A stretch of 64,000 nucleotides of DNA from Streptosporangiaceae bacterium (GCA_036378315.1 DASUWU010000046.1:1253-65252); one strand, 5' to 3'. Positions 1-11,693 are shown, numbered from the stretch's first letter. Program-made: numbers and translations. Notes: a model not told the origin generated them from the letters alone.

Positions 1-777
1 GCCCGCCTCGTTGAGCGTGTCGGAGTGCAGCGCCACCTGCACGCCCGAGGCGTCGGCCACCCGCAGGCACGCGTCGATCGCCGCCGGCGTCGAGCCCCAG
101 TCCTCGTGCAGCTTGAACCCCGAGGCGCCCGCGCGGAGCTGCTCCCAGAGCCCTTCGGTCGACACGGTGTTGCCCTTGCCGAGCAGCGCCACGTTGACCG
201 GCCAGGCGTCCAGCGCCTCCAGCATGCGGCCCAGGTACCAGGCGCCGGCCACGGTCGTCGCCTTGGTGCCCTCGGCCGGGCCGGTGCCGCCGCCGATGAT
301 CGTGGTCACGCCGGCGCCGAGCGCCTCGTCGAGCAACTGGGGGCAGATGAGATGGACGTGGGCGTCCACCGCCCCAGCGGTGAGGATCTTGCCGTTGCCG
401 GCCAGGATCTCGGTGGACGGGCCGATGACGAGGTCGGGGTGGACGCCGTCCATCGTGTCCGGGTTGCCGGCCTTGCCGAGCGCGGCGATGCGGCCGTCCC
501 TGACGCCGACGTCGGCCTTGACGACGCCCCAGTGGTCGAGCACCACCGCGCCGGTGATCACCAGGTCGGGCGCGCCCTCGGCGCGGGTGGCGAGCGACTG
601 GCCCATCGACTCCCTGATCACCTTGCCGCCGCCGAAGACGACCTCGTCGCCGGCGCCGGCGCCGCGCGCGAGGTCGTCGGTCACCTCGATCAGCAGGTTG
701 GTGTCGGCGAGCCTGACCCGGTCGCCCGTGGTGGGTCCGTACAGCTCCGCGTAGCGCGCGCGGGAGATCTCAGCCAT
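1..777 (-). CDS. ureC: Urease alpha subunit, N-terminal 259 codons (C-terminus lies beyond the window edge)
   Basis: My own minus-strand translation from the ATG at 775-777 gives [29 protein letters not shown]...[19 protein letters not shown]...[40 protein letters not shown]. It contains the HxH and KLHEDWG urease motifs. The ORF is absent from the track because it is open-ended. It sits directly downstream of ureA-ureB. Confidence 0.93.
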   Translation of the reverse strand, partial: MAEISRARYAELYGPTTGDRVRLADTNLLIEVTDDLARGAGAGDEVVFGGGKVIRESMGQSLATRAEGAPDLVITGAVVLDHWGVVKADVGVRDGRIAALGKAGNPDTMDGVHPDLVIGPSTEILAGNGKILTAGAVDAHVHLICPQLLDEALGAGVTTIIGGGTGPAEGTKATTVAGAWYLGRMLEALDAWPVNVALLGKGNTVSTEGLWEQLRAGASGFKLHEDWGSTPAAIDACLRVADASGVQVALHSDTLNEAG

Positions 778-1171
778 CGGACGCCTCCCTGCCCTCGTCG
801 CCCTCCCGGCGCTCGTCGCCCTCCGGGGCGGCCCGGCCGCCGTCCGCGCCTCCCAGGCGCAGCCCGGGCACGTGGCGCCGCCCCGCGAGCGGAACGAGGT
901 CGACGTCCCTGGTGACGCCCGGCTCGAACCGCACCGCGGTACCGGCCGGCACGTCAAGGCGGTGGCCGCCGGCGGCCGTACGGTCGAACTCCAGTGCCGG
1001 GTTGGCGGCGGCGAAGTGGTAGTGCGACCCGACCTGGACCGGCCGGTCGCCCGCGTTCACCACGGTCAGCGTGACGCGCCGCCGCCCGGGGTTCAGCTCG
1101 ACCGGCTCCGTCCCGACGAGCACCTCGCCGGGCACCTCGCCCGGCACTGGGGCCTGTCCCGGCCCGGTCAC
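770..1171 (-). CDS. ureB: Urease beta subunit
   Basis: C-terminal part of ORF 770..1537: [51 protein letters not shown]. The GTG at 1171 overlaps the ureA stop (GTGA). The long upstream extension in the track is unlikely to be real. Confidence 0.85.
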   Translation of the reverse strand: MTGPGQAPVPGEVPGEVLVGTEPVELNPGRRRVTLTVVNAGDRPVQVGSHYHFAAANPALEFDRTAAGGHRLDVPAGTAVRFEPGVTRDVDLVPLAGRRHVPGLRLGGADGGRAAPEGDERREGDEGREASDG

Positions 1172-1470
1172 GGGATGGGCCGGTGGACGGTGACGAGCTT
1201 GGTGCCGTCGGGAAAGGTGGCCTCGACCTGGACCGACTCGAGCATCTCGGGGATGCCGTCCATCACGTCGTCGCGGGTCAGTACGGTACGGCCGGCCTCC
1301 ATCAGATCGGCGACGCCCCGCCCGTCGCGAGCTCCCTCGAGGACGTACGCGGCGATCACGGCGGTCGCCTCCGGGTGGTTGAGCCGCAGCCCGCGGGCGC
1401 GCCGTTCGCGCGCCAGCGAGGCCGCCAGATGGATCAGCAGGCGCTCCTGCTCGTGCGGCGTGATCAGCAC
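1168..1470 (-). CDS. ureA: Urease gamma subunit
   Basis: 100 aa, [51 protein letters not shown]..., a canonical UreA sequence. It is the first gene of the ureABC order. Confidence 0.93.
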   Translation of the reverse strand: MLITPHEQERLLIHLAASLARERRARGLRLNHPEATAVIAAYVLEGARDGRGVADLMEAGRTVLTRDDVMDGIPEMLESVQVEATFPDGTKLVTVHRPIP

Positions 1471-1614
1471 ATACGGACGTTACACCGCGGTTGACTGACC
1501 GAGATATCCCCGCCCGCAAACGTAACGCCGATTTCACGTCGCGGGAGCCGGGTCCGGCGTCGATCCGGGCCGATCCTGGACCGGACGTCGCCCGGCTTCA
1601 CTAGACTCGCCGAC

Positions 1615-3546
1615 GTGGCAGGCCGGATCCGCAACGAGGACATCGCGCTCGTCCGCGAGCGGTCGCCGATCGCCGACGTGGTGGGCGAATACCTCCAGCT
1701 CAGCAACGCGGGGGGCGGCAACCTCAAGGGCCTGTGCCCCTTCCACGACGAAAAGACCCCGTCGTTCAACATCACCCCGGCGCGTGGCATGTGGTACTGC
1801 CACGGCTGCGGCGAGGGCGGCGACGTCATCACGTTCGTCTCGAAGATCGAGCACCTGCCGTTCGCCGAGACGATGGAGCGGCTGGCCGCCCGCGCGGGCA
1901 TGGAGCTGCGCTACGAGCAGGGCGGCTACGCCCCGCGCAAAGACCAGGGCCAGCGGGCGCGGCTGGTCGAGGCGCACCGGGCGGCCGCCGAGTTCTTCGC
2001 CGCGCGGCTGGCCGCGCCCGACGGCGCCATCGGCCGCGAGTTCCTGGCGCAGCGCGGCTTCGAGCCGGCGCACGGCGAGCACTTCGGCGTCGGCTACGCC
2101 CCCAGGGAGTGGGAGGCGCTGGTGCGCCACCTGCGCGGCCGCGGGTTCTCCGACAAAGAGCTGATCGTCGGCGGGCTGGCCAAAGAGGGCCGGCGCGGCC
2201 CGATGGACCGCTTCCGCGGCCGGCTGATGTGGCCGATCCGCGACCTGACCGGCGACGTGATCGGCTTCGGCGCGCGCAAGCTGTACGACGATGACGACGG
2301 GCCCAAATACCTCAACACACCCGAGTCGCCGCTGTTCAAGAAGGGTTCGGTGCTGTACGGCGCCGACCTGGCGAAGAAGGAGATCGCGCGGCGCCGCCAG
2401 GCCGTCGTCGTCGAGGGCTACACCGACGTGATGGCCTGTCACCTGGCCGGCGTCGAGACCGCGATCGCCACCTGCGGCACCTCCTTCGGCGACGAGCACA
2501 TCAAGATCCTGCGCCGGCTGCTCATGGACCAGGACGAGTTCCGCGGCGAAGTGATCTTCACGTTCGACGGCGACTCGGCCGGCCAGCGGGCCGCGCTGCG
2601 CGCCTTCGCCGACGAGCAGAAGTTCGTCACGCAGACCTTCGTCGCCGTGCAGCCCGACGGGCTCGACCCGTGCGACCTGCGCCTCAAGCACGGCGACGCG
2701 GCGGTGCGCGACCTCGTGGCCGCCCGGGTGCCGCTGTTCGAGTTCGCCATCAGGAACGTCATCGCCGGCCACGACCTCGACACGGCCGAGGGGCGGCTGG
2801 CCGCGCTGGACGCCGCGGCGCCCGTGGTGGCCCGCATCAAGGACCGCGGGCTGCGGCAGATGTACGCGGTCAGCCTCGACCGCTGGCTCGGCATCATGGA
2901 CGAAGAGTTCGTGCTGCGCCGCGTCCGCGCGCACAGCGGCCGTACGAGCGGACCCAACGGGCCCAGCGGGGCGAGGGGCGGGCGGGCCGCGGCGGCAGCC
3001 GGGGGAGCGCAGGGCGGTCCGGCCGGCGAGGCGTACGACCTGAGCAACCCGGCGGTCCAGATCGAGCGCGAGACGCTCAAGCTGGCCGTCCAGCGGCCGG
3101 CGGCGCTCGGCCCCGGCTTCGACGCCCTGCCCGACGAGGTGTTCACGGTGCCGCAGCACCGGGCGGTCCGCGCCGTGATCGTGGCTGCCGGCGGGGTGTC
3201 CGGGGTATCGGGCGGCGCCGGAGCGGCCGGGGTGGTGCGGAACGTGTCCGAGTGGGTGGCCAGGTTGCGCGAGGATGCCCCGAACGACGAGGTCAGGAAT
3301 CTCGTCACGCGGCTGGCGGTGGAGCCGCCCCGATCGGAGCAGGATTCGGACGACCGATACGCGGTGAGCCTGCTGGCTAGAATCCAGGAGCTCCAGCTCA
3401 CGCGAGAGATCGCCGAATTGAAATCCAAACTCGGTCGGCTGAATCCGGTCGAACAGCAGGACGACTACTACCGGCTCTTCGGCGACCTGGTGGCGCTTGA
3501 GCAGCAGCGACGGGTGTTGCGGGAGCGCGGGATTGGGACTCTGTAA
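1615..3546 (+). CDS. dnaG: DNA primase
   Basis: 643 aa with a GTG start. It has the zinc-ribbon [34 protein letters not shown] and the Toprim motif [11 protein letters not shown]. Confidence 0.95.
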   Translation: MAGRIRNEDIALVRERSPIADVVGEYLQLSNAGGGNLKGLCPFHDEKTPSFNITPARGMWYCHGCGEGGDVITFVSKIEHLPFAETMERLAARAGMELRYEQGGYAPRKDQGQRARLVEAHRAAAEFFAARLAAPDGAIGREFLAQRGFEPAHGEHFGVGYAPREWEALVRHLRGRGFSDKELIVGGLAKEGRRGPMDRFRGRLMWPIRDLTGDVIGFGARKLYDDDDGPKYLNTPESPLFKKGSVLYGADLAKKEIARRRQAVVVEGYTDVMACHLAGVETAIATCGTSFGDEHIKILRRLLMDQDEFRGEVIFTFDGDSAGQRAALRAFADEQKFVTQTFVAVQPDGLDPCDLRLKHGDAAVRDLVAARVPLFEFAIRNVIAGHDLDTAEGRLAALDAAAPVVARIKDRGLRQMYAVSLDRWLGIMDEEFVLRRVRAHSGRTSGPNGPSGARGGRAAAAAGGAQGGPAGEAYDLSNPAVQIERETLKLAVQRPAALGPGFDALPDEVFTVPQHRAVRAVIVAAGGVSGVSGGAGAAGVVRNVSEWVARLREDAPNDEVRNLVTRLAVEPPRSEQDSDDRYAVSLLARIQELQLTREIAELKSKLGRLNPVEQQDDYYRLFGDLVALEQQRRVLRERGIGTL

Positions 3547-3587
3547 CCCCAGAGCCGCAAAAATGGGTCCTCCGATCTTGGTACCTA

Positions 3588-4763
<1,176 letters not shown>

Positions 4764-4802
4764 CCGGCCCGTCTCGGGGTCGGCCGCCATGAGGCCAGTC
4801 GA

Positions 4803-4842
4803 CACCGGCGCACCGCACCGGTGACGGTGCGGTGCGCCGGTG
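4803..4842 (+). terminator. Intrinsic terminator-like hairpin after the sigma gene
   Basis: Perfect 17-bp inverted repeat caccggcgcaccgcacc / ggtgcggtgcgccggtg with the 6-nt loop ggtgac, followed by ttcgttcg. Confidence 0.7.
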
Positions 4843-4909
4843 TTCGTTCGCGCCGGTGTAGGCATCTGGTTCGGTGATCTTCGGGGGTTGTTCCAGCGGT
4901 CAAGTGAGG

Positions 4910-4943
4910 TTAGGTTAAGCTAAGTTAGGTAAACCTAACTAGC
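4910..4943. promoter_or_regulatory. IdeR/DtxR-type iron box(es) upstream of efeO
   Basis: TTAGGTTAAGCTAAGTTAG (4910-4928) matches the remembered IdeR consensus TTAGGTTAGGCTAACCTAA at 15 of 19 positions by my count. A second overlapping half-palindrome TTAGGTAAACCTAA lies at 4925-4938. This is an A/T-rich island 35-65 nt before the efeO ATG. Confidence 0.65.
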
Positions 4944-4976
4944 CTCTGTCCACCCGTCCGGCCGACTGGAGAACCC

Positions 4977-6116
4977 ATGCGCCGTGCCCATCCGATCGCG
5001 CTCGCCGGGGCGACCGCCGTGCTGATCTCGACCCTCACCGCCTGCGGCGACGACGCGGCCAAGGGCACGGGCGGCGCGAGCACGATCGCGGTCACCGCGA
5101 CGGACAGCTCCTGCGCGATCGCCAAGAAGAGCGTGGCCGCCGGAGCCGCGACGTTCAAGGTGACCAACAACGGGAGCCGCCCGACCGAGCTCGAGATCCT
5201 CAAGGCGGACGGCAAGGTCGTCTCCGAGCGGGAGAACATCGGGCCGGGAACCGCCGCCGAGCTGACCGTGCAGCTGGCCGCCGGGACGTACAAGGTGTTG
5301 TGCAGTCCGGGGATGACGGGCAAGGGCCCCAGCCAGGTCATCGTCGTCTCGGGGAGCAGCGGCGGCGGGCGCGCCGACCTGTCTCTGGAGCAGGCCGTCG
5401 CCGGCTATCGCGGCTACGTCAAGGACCAGGTCGACGACACCCTCGCCAAGACCAGGACGTTCGCCGCCGCCGTGAAGGCGGGCGACGTCGCGCGGGCCAA
5501 GAAGCTGTACGCGCCGTCGCGGGTCGGCTGGGAGCGCATCGAGCCGGTCGCCGAGTCGTTCGGCGACATCGATCCCAAGGTCGACCTGCGCGAGGCCGAC
5601 CTCGAGCAGGGCCAGACGTGGACCGGCTGGCACCGCCTGGAGAAGGCGCTGTGGAAGGCGGGGTCGGTCAAGGGCCAGCAGCAGTACGCCGGCCGGCTCG
5701 TCGCCGATCTCGAGGCGCTCCAGCAGCGGGTGGGCGGCGCGGAGATCACCCCCACGTCCATGAGCAACGGCGCCAAGGAGCTCCTCGACGAGGTGGCGAC
5801 CGGAAAGATCACCGGTGAGGAGGAGGCGTACTCCCACACCGACCTCGTCGACTTCGCTGCCAACGTCGACGGCGCCGAGAAGGTCTACCGGCTCCTCGAG
5901 CCGGTCGTCCGGCAGCGGGACGCCGCGCTCGCCGGCACCATCGACGACGAGTTCGCCAAGGTCAAGCGCCTGCTCGCCACGTACAAGGACGGCGCGGGCG
6001 ACGGCGGCTACGTCTCCTACGACACCGTCGGCGAGGCCAAGCGCAAGGAGCTGTCGGACGCGGTCAACGCGCTCGGCGAGCCGCTGTCCCGGCTGGCGGG
6101 CGTGGTGGCCAGGTGA
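4977..6116 (+). CDS. efeO: EfeO-like iron uptake lipoprotein (cupredoxin-like N-domain plus M75 domain)
   Basis: Lipobox LISTLTAC, cupredoxin-like GTYKVLCSPGMTGKG, and the C-terminal HTD..E imelysin-like region. It is translationally coupled to efeB. Confidence 0.85.
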   Translation: MRRAHPIALAGATAVLISTLTACGDDAAKGTGGASTIAVTATDSSCAIAKKSVAAGAATFKVTNNGSRPTELEILKADGKVVSERENIGPGTAAELTVQLAAGTYKVLCSPGMTGKGPSQVIVVSGSSGGGRADLSLEQAVAGYRGYVKDQVDDTLAKTRTFAAAVKAGDVARAKKLYAPSRVGWERIEPVAESFGDIDPKVDLREADLEQGQTWTGWHRLEKALWKAGSVKGQQQYAGRLVADLEALQQRVGGAEITPTSMSNGAKELLDEVATGKITGEEEAYSHTDLVDFAANVDGAEKVYRLLEPVVRQRDAALAGTIDDEFAKVKRLLATYKDGAGDGGYVSYDTVGEAKRKELSDAVNALGEPLSRLAGVVAR

Positions 6117-7471
6117 CCTCCGAGCACGGCGAACCGGACGCGAGCGGGGAACCAGACGTTGCCGGCGGGGCCGACTCGAGCGGCGGGGCCGCCGCGAGCG
6201 CCGGGCCGGCCGCGGCCGGCGGGCACCGGGGGCGCGGTGCCGGAGTCAGCAGGCGGCGGCTCCTCGGCTTTTCCGGGCTCGGCGTCGTCGCGGGCGCCGC
6301 GGCCGGTGCCGGGCTGACCCACCTGGCCGACGCGGCGGACCGTTCCCGGCTCGACCACGACTCCTCCGTCCCGTTCCATGGACCCCACCAGGCGGGCATC
6401 GCGACGCCCGTGCAGGACCGGTTGCATTTCGCCGCGTTCGACGTCGTGACCGGCGACCGGGCCAGGTTGGTCCAGATGCTGAAGGACTGGACGGCGGCCG
6501 CCGCCGCGATGGCGGCGGGCCGTCCGGTCGGCGCGGGCGCGGTCGGCGGTTTCCCGGAGTCGCCCCCCGACGACACCGGCGAGGCGCTCGGCCTGCCGCC
6601 GGCCCGGCTGACCCTGACCGTCGGATTCGGGCCGACGCTGTTCGAACGGGACGGCAAGGACCGGTTCGGCATCAGGGCCAAGCGCCCTGCCGCCCTGGTC
6701 GACCTGCCGCACTTCCCCGGCGACAACCTCGACGCGCGGCGCAGCGGCGGCGACATCGCCGTCCAGGCGTGCTCCGACGACCCGCAGGTCGCGGTGCACG
6801 CCATCCGCAACCTGGCCCGCATCGGGTTCGGCGTCGTCGCGGTCCGCTGGTCGCAGCTGGGCTTCGGGAAGACCTCGTCGACGACCCCCGACCAGCAGAC
6901 CCCGCGCAACCTGATGGGGTTCAAGGACGGCACCAACAACATCCCGGGAACCGACGAGCAACTCCTCTCCCGGCACGTCTGGGCCGCCGCCGCGGACGAC
7001 CCGGGGCGCGCCGGCTGGATGGCGGGCGGCTCGTACCTCGTGACCCGCCGCATCAGGATGCACATCGAGACCTGGGACCGTACGTCCCTGCGCGAGCAAC
7101 AGGACGTCATCGGCCGGGACAAGAAGGAGGGCGCCCCGGCCGGGCGGGCGAAGGAGCACGATCCGGTGGTGCTGGCCAAGATGCCGCCCACCGCACACGT
7201 GCGGCTGGCCAACCCGGGCAGCAACGGCGGCGTCCGCATCCTGCGCCGCGGCTATTCGTTCACCGACGGCACCGACGGGCTCGGTCGGCTGGAGGCCGGC
7301 TTGTTCTTCATCGCCTACCAGCGCGACCCGCGCAGGGGCTTCATCCCGCTGCAACGCAACCTCGCCACCGACGCCCTCAACGAATACATCGAGCATGTCG
7401 GCTCCGCCGTCTTCGCCGTCCCGCCCGGGGTCCGGCGCGGCGGCTACGTGGGCGACACGCTGTTCACCTGA
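6113..7471 (+). CDS. efeB: Dyp-type peroxidase / deferrochelatase EfeB with Tat signal
   Basis: Twin-arginine SRRRLLGFSGLGVVAGAAAGAG and DyP motifs FKDGTNN and RRGYSF. The GTG at 6113 overlaps the efeO TGA. Confidence 0.9.
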   Translation: MTSEHGEPDASGEPDVAGGADSSGGAAASAGPAAAGGHRGRGAGVSRRRLLGFSGLGVVAGAAAGAGLTHLADAADRSRLDHDSSVPFHGPHQAGIATPVQDRLHFAAFDVVTGDRARLVQMLKDWTAAAAAMAAGRPVGAGAVGGFPESPPDDTGEALGLPPARLTLTVGFGPTLFERDGKDRFGIRAKRPAALVDLPHFPGDNLDARRSGGDIAVQACSDDPQVAVHAIRNLARIGFGVVAVRWSQLGFGKTSSTTPDQQTPRNLMGFKDGTNNIPGTDEQLLSRHVWAAAADDPGRAGWMAGGSYLVTRRIRMHIETWDRTSLREQQDVIGRDKKEGAPAGRAKEHDPVVLAKMPPTAHVRLANPGSNGGVRILRRGYSFTDGTDGLGRLEAGLFFIAYQRDPRRGFIPLQRNLATDALNEYIEHVGSAVFAVPPGVRRGGYVGDTLFT

Positions 7472-7570
7472 ACGGTCCACCTGCCGGCGGGAACGCGGCC
7501 TGTCAGGGGGCGTAGTCGACTACGGGTAAAGAACCCTGTCGACAGAACGGCGGCGAGGCGTCACTGTGGG

Positions 7571-8905
7571 GTGGTGGGGACCCGTCTGACGGGAGACGAA
7601 ACCGTCCTCTGGCAGGCCGCGGCACACGTTCTGGACGCGAACTGGACCGGCGCGGCCACCGTGCCGTCCCCGGTGCTCTACCCGCATCAGTGGAGCTGGG
7701 ACTCCGCGTTCATCAGCATCGGGCTGGCACGGCACCGCCCCGAGCGGGCCGAGCGGGAGCTGCTGTCGCTGTTCAGCGGCCAGTGGGCGAACGGCCTGGT
7801 GCCGCACATCGTCTTCAACGACTCGGTGACGCGCCGCGCGTACTTCCCGGGCCCCGAGCTGTGGCGCAGCTCGAAGCACCAGGACGGGCCGCGCCCGCTG
7901 GAGACCTCGGCGCTGATCCATCCGCCGTTGCACGCGCTGGCGGTGCTGCGGCTGCACGCCGCCGCCCGCGCGGCGGGCGACGCCGCGGGGGAGCGCAGCA
8001 GGGCGTTCCTCCGCCGCATCTACCCCTGCCTGGTCGCCCAGCATCGCCACCTCGCCCGTACCAGGGACATCGGCGGCGCCGGCCTGGTGTCGATCTGCCA
8101 CCCGTGGGAGTCGGGCCTCGACAACAGCCCGGCGTGGGACCGCGCGCTGGCCGACCTGCAACTGCCCCCGGCCGAGTACGCCCCAGGCGCGGTGCGGCAG
8201 GGCTCGGCCGCGGGCGCCGACCACGACCGTTACGTCTGGCTGGTGACGACCTACCGGGACGCCGGGTACCGCGACGAGCACCTCCGCGACGTCCACCCGT
8301 TCGTCGTGGAAGACCCGCTGGTCAACGCCACGTACCTCGCATCGACGCATGCCCTCGCCGAACTGGCGACGATCGTCGGCGCCGACCCGGTGCCGCACCG
8401 CGAGCGCGCGCAGCGCGTCCACGAGGCGCTGTTGACCCGGCTCTGGGACGAAGGCAGCGCCTGCTTCCGCGCCCGCGACGTGCGCGCCGACCGGCTCATC
8501 CCGGTCGCCACGGTCGCCGCCTTCGCCCCGCTGCTCGACCCCGACCTGCCCGAGTACGCGCTGCGCGGCCTGGTCGACCTGCTGCTGTCGGCGCGCTTCG
8601 CGGGAGCCGCCGGCTATCCGATGCCCACCTGCGACATCCAGTCCGCCGCCTTCGACCGGAGCGCATTTTGGCGCGGCTCGACGTGGGTCAGCACGAACTG
8701 GCTGTTGTGGTACGGCGCGATGCGCCACAACCTGACCGTCCTCGTCGACCTGCTGTACGGGTCGACGCTCCGACTGGTCCGGCAGTCGGGCTTCAGGGAG
8801 TACTTCGACCCGTTCGACGGCACGGGGCGCGGCAGCCACGACTACAGTTGGTCGGCCGCTCTCGTGCTGGACCTCCTCGCCACCCGCCCCACCTCGCTAC
8901 CGTGA
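7571..8905 (+). CDS. GH63-like glycoside hydrolase (glucosyl/mannosylglycerate hydrolase-like)
   Basis: YPHQWSWDSAFISIGL, GLVPHIVFN, CHPWESGLDNSPAWD and FWRGSTWVSTNWLL resemble the (alpha/alpha)6 MGH/GgH family as I remember it. Confidence 0.7.
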   Translation: MVGTRLTGDETVLWQAAAHVLDANWTGAATVPSPVLYPHQWSWDSAFISIGLARHRPERAERELLSLFSGQWANGLVPHIVFNDSVTRRAYFPGPELWRSSKHQDGPRPLETSALIHPPLHALAVLRLHAAARAAGDAAGERSRAFLRRIYPCLVAQHRHLARTRDIGGAGLVSICHPWESGLDNSPAWDRALADLQLPPAEYAPGAVRQGSAAGADHDRYVWLVTTYRDAGYRDEHLRDVHPFVVEDPLVNATYLASTHALAELATIVGADPVPHRERAQRVHEALLTRLWDEGSACFRARDVRADRLIPVATVAAFAPLLDPDLPEYALRGLVDLLLSARFAGAAGYPMPTCDIQSAAFDRSAFWRGSTWVSTNWLLWYGAMRHNLTVLVDLLYGSTLRLVRQSGFREYFDPFDGTGRGSHDYSWSAALVLDLLATRPTSLP

Positions 8906-8909
8906 ACCC

Positions 8910-9404
8910 ATGCGCTTTCGAGTCCACTCCCTGCCCAAGGCCGTGCGGGACGGGCTCGCGCTGGACCGTGGCGAACACGTCCTGGCCCATGCGGTGACCA
9001 GGGAGGGCGGGTACGTGGTGGCCACCGACCGCGCCCTGCACCTGCCCGCCTCCCCGGACGCCTCCCTCCGCCTTCCCTGGGAACGCGTCGAACAGGCCGC
9101 CTGGCAGAACGGGTGGCTGCACGTCCGCGAGAACGCCGGCGCCGCCGTCCACCATCTACGGCTCGCCGATCCAGGATCCATACCGGAAACCGTCCAGGAA
9201 CGCGTGACCGCCACGATCGTCGTCAACCAGCCGGCAACGCTCCCCGGCGGCGGGCGCGTCCGCATCGTCGGTCGCCGCCCGGCGGGCGGCGACGCCGTTC
9301 GCTGGACCTTCGTCTTCGACGCCGGCCTCGACCCGGACGATCCGGAGCTGCGCGCCCAGGCCGGCGAGCTCCTCGCCGCCCTCCGCCGCCAAACCGGCCT
9401 CTAG
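8910..9404 (+). CDS. Conserved hypothetical protein
   Basis: 164-aa ORF with typical codon bias, 4 nt after the preceding gene. No recognised motif. Confidence 0.5.
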   Translation: MRFRVHSLPKAVRDGLALDRGEHVLAHAVTREGGYVVATDRALHLPASPDASLRLPWERVEQAAWQNGWLHVRENAGAAVHHLRLADPGSIPETVQERVTATIVVNQPATLPGGGRVRIVGRRPAGGDAVRWTFVFDAGLDPDDPELRAQAGELLAALRRQTGL

Positions 9405-9506
9405 CACAAACCTGCCGTGATCAAGCAATGGCTCCCCGGGCGGAGAACCACCGCGTGATCACGGCAGGGGTCGATCAGGCCGGACCGGCGGGCGGCCCGG
9501 CGGTGG

Positions 9507-9797
9507 TCAGTTGGGCGAGGGCGTCGACTCGTTGGCGGAACGCCGCGAGCCGTCATCGTCGCCCGACCGGCGCAGCCCGGGGATCTTGTCCCCGACCGTC
9601 TCGTTGACCTTGCTGCGGGCGTTTCCGGCAAGCTCACCCGCCTGCGCGCGGATCAGCCCGGCGGTCTCCTGCACCGTCGGGTTCTCCGAGATCCAGCGGG
9701 ATGCGCGTTTGATCTGCTCGTAACGCTCCCGCCCGGCCTTCGTGCCCAGGACGTAGCCCAGGGCAGCTCCTGCGATGAACGTGGCGCGATACTTCAA
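9507..9797 (-). CDS. YtxH-like small membrane-anchored protein
   Basis: MKYRATFIAGAALGYVLGTKAGRERYEQIK: an N-terminal hydrophobic helix followed by GxKAGRERYE, typical of YtxH-type proteins. Confidence 0.65.
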   Translation of the reverse strand: MKYRATFIAGAALGYVLGTKAGRERYEQIKRASRWISENPTVQETAGLIRAQAGELAGNARSKVNETVGDKIPGLRRSGDDDGSRRSANESTPSPN

Positions 9798-9939
9798 TGT
9801 GCACCCCCTGTGTGGTTGGGGCTAGCTATACCCAACCAGGGCATACCCAGTCACGGTGCGCCTGGTCGGCGCGGACCATCCCCATCATGCGCTAACCTAG
9901 AGCCCGCCGGTGCGAGGGTGGTGCCCTCCTGCACCGCGA

Positions 9940-10012
9940 TCCCGCGTAGCTCAATCGGCAGAGCGTCCGGCTGTTAACCGGCAGGTTACTGGTTCGAGTC
10001 CAGTCGCGGGAG
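9940..10012 (+). tRNA. tRNA-Asn (GTT)
   Basis: Acceptor stem TCCCGCG/CGCGGGA, D-arm tagctcaatcggcagagc, anticodon loop ctGTTaa, T-arm ggttcgagtcc. 73 nt. Confidence 0.93.
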
Positions 10013-10068
10013 CCTTAGACGCGCTGCCGGAACTTGTGCCCGAACGGATGCCGGCTACGCCCGGCCGG

Positions 10069-10806
10069 TCAGACGTCGATGCCGCCTCCGACGACGATGT
10101 TCTGCCCGGTGATATAGCTGGCACCGTCGGAGGCGAGGAAGGCGACGAGTTCGGCAACCTCGCGTGCGGTGCCGAATCTGCCAAAGGGAACCCTGGCGGA
10201 CACCGACTCCATCGTCTTCGCGAGCGTCTCGGGGGAAGCTCCGGACTTCGACCAGATCGGCGTCTCGATGGCTCCGGGGCTCACGGCGTTGACCCGGATC
10301 CGGCGTGGTGCCAGTTCGGCGGCCAGCGAAGGCACCATCGCCAGGAGAGCTCCCCGGCTCCCTGCGGTGACGCTGCCGCCGGGCATGCCGCGGGTCACGC
10401 CGACCCCCACGGTGAAGACGATCGACGCGCCGTCGGCCAGCAGGGGAAGAGTCTTCTGCAAAGTGAAGAACTGCCCCTTCGTGTTGATGGCGAACAACTC
10501 GTCGTAGGCCGACTCGTCGACTGCCGGCACGGGCGCGCGACGGCTGATCCCGGCATTGAGGAACAGGGTGGTGAGCTGACCGAACCGGGTCCTTGCCTCC
10601 TCGGCGACACGGTCGCTGTCGGTCAGGAAGCGTGAGTCGGCGCGCAGGATGACGACGCTATCCGGAAGCTCATCGCGGGCGACGGCGAGCGTGTCCGGAT
10701 TCCGGCCGGTGACCATCACCTGGAACCCGTGCTCGTGCAGGAGCCGGGCCGTGGCGAGGCCGATACCGCTCGTTCCGCCGGTGATGAGGGCTGCGGGTGC
10801 AGGCAT
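10069..10806 (-). CDS. SDR family oxidoreductase
   Basis: From the ATG at 10806: MPAPAALITGGTSGIGLATA (TGxxxGIG). The NAG motif is present and the C-terminus is ITGQNIVVGGG. The upstream 35 codons of the track ORF were discarded. Confidence 0.88.
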   Translation of the reverse strand: MPAPAALITGGTSGIGLATARLLHEHGFQVMVTGRNPDTLAVARDELPDSVVILRADSRFLTDSDRVAEEARTRFGQLTTLFLNAGISRRAPVPAVDESAYDELFAINTKGQFFTLQKTLPLLADGASIVFTVGVGVTRGMPGGSVTAGSRGALLAMVPSLAAELAPRRIRVNAVSPGAIETPIWSKSGASPETLAKTMESVSARVPFGRFGTAREVAELVAFLASDGASYITGQNIVVGGGIDV

Positions 10807-10880
10807 GGGGAAGCTCCTTCGCGAGGCGCGTCGCCGCCGTGGATCGAGGTGCCGCGCGTGCCGTATGAGACCGGCATCAG

Positions 10881-10904
10881 TCAATCGGAGGGTCCTCCGA
10901 TTGA
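10881..10904. promoter_or_regulatory. Palindromic operator in the SDR/TetR divergent intergenic region
   Basis: TCAATCGGAGG gt CCTCCGATTGA: perfect 11-bp arms, located between the divergent starts at 10806 and 10934. Confidence 0.65.
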
Positions 10905-10933
10905 ACGCCACTGTAGCGATGCGGTTCTAGAGT

Positions 10934-11551
10934 GTGCAAACGATGACTTCCACTGGCGGAGATCGGCCCCGTGCCCGGATCGCCGAGGCTCGTCGGAACC
11001 GGCAGAGCCTGATTGCCGCTGCTACGCGGGCGTTCGCGTCCGGGGGCGAACACGTCTCTCTGGAGGCGATCGCGAAGGACGCGGGAGTGGGCGTCGGTAC
11101 CCTCTACCGGCACTTCCCGAAACGCGAGCTGCTGGTCGAGGCCGTCTACGCGGACCAGGTGGAGCGGCTTGGCGCGAGCGCGCGCGAACTGCTCGCGCAG
11201 CACCCTCCGGCGGAGGCTTTCGGGTTGTGGATGGTGGTGTTCACCGACTGGGCGGCCACCAAGCACGGGATGGTCGACGCGCTCCGCGCGCTGATTTCGT
11301 CCGGGCGGGTCGAGCCAGGCCGGATGCGGCAGCAACTGATCGAGATCGTGTCGCTGTTCCTTCACGCCGGGGTTGCTGCGGGAGACCTTCGCTCCGACGT
11401 CGCCGCGCCCGATGTGGCCGCGATACTCACCGGCGTCCTGGGCGTCGCCGGCGCGCCCGACCAGCGAGCTGAGGCGGTGCGCATGCTCAACATCGTCCTT
11501 GACGGCCTCCGACCGGGGGGTCCCGCGCATCCAGGTGACCAAGCACGCTGA
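10934..11551 (+). CDS. TetR family transcriptional regulator
   Basis: HTH region SLEAIAKDAGVGVGTLYRHFPKRELL. Divergent from the SDR gene. Confidence 0.9.
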   Translation: MQTMTSTGGDRPRARIAEARRNRQSLIAAATRAFASGGEHVSLEAIAKDAGVGVGTLYRHFPKRELLVEAVYADQVERLGASARELLAQHPPAEAFGLWMVVFTDWAATKHGMVDALRALISSGRVEPGRMRQQLIEIVSLFLHAGVAAGDLRSDVAAPDVAAILTGVLGVAGAPDQRAEAVRMLNIVLDGLRPGGPAHPGDQAR

Positions 11552-11693
11552 TCAAAGCGAGAAAGGGCACCCCGTGGCGCCGTTCGCCATCCGCCGCTCA
11601 GGGGTGGCCCGCGACGCGTGACCCGCGGAAAGGCCCACAAGCCGACCCCGGCGATGTTTGACGTCGTCGGGGTGGGCAGTGCATGGGAGAGGG

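Noticed and set aside
1534-3159. 541-aa minus-strand ORF antisense to dnaG. Similar long antisense or off-frame ORFs include 15494..18235, 22669..24477, 45843..48815, 43269..44894, 62124..63671 and 39923..41797.
   Set aside because: They are Arg/Ala/Gly/Pro-rich, low-complexity translations that lie opposite or out of frame with genes carrying unmistakable conserved motifs. These are typical stop-codon-poor shadow ORFs of high-GC DNA.
4764-4976. Looked for an efeU (FTR1 permease) gene or fragment next to efeO-efeB.
   Set aside because: Only a terminator and the iron-box island are present. No membrane-protein ORF exists between the sigma gene and efeO or after efeB.
9405-9506. Small ORFs 9401..9637 and 9113..9607 in and around the gap before the YtxH-like gene.
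   Set aside because: They are Arg-rich shadow translations overlapping better-supported genes, with no RBS.
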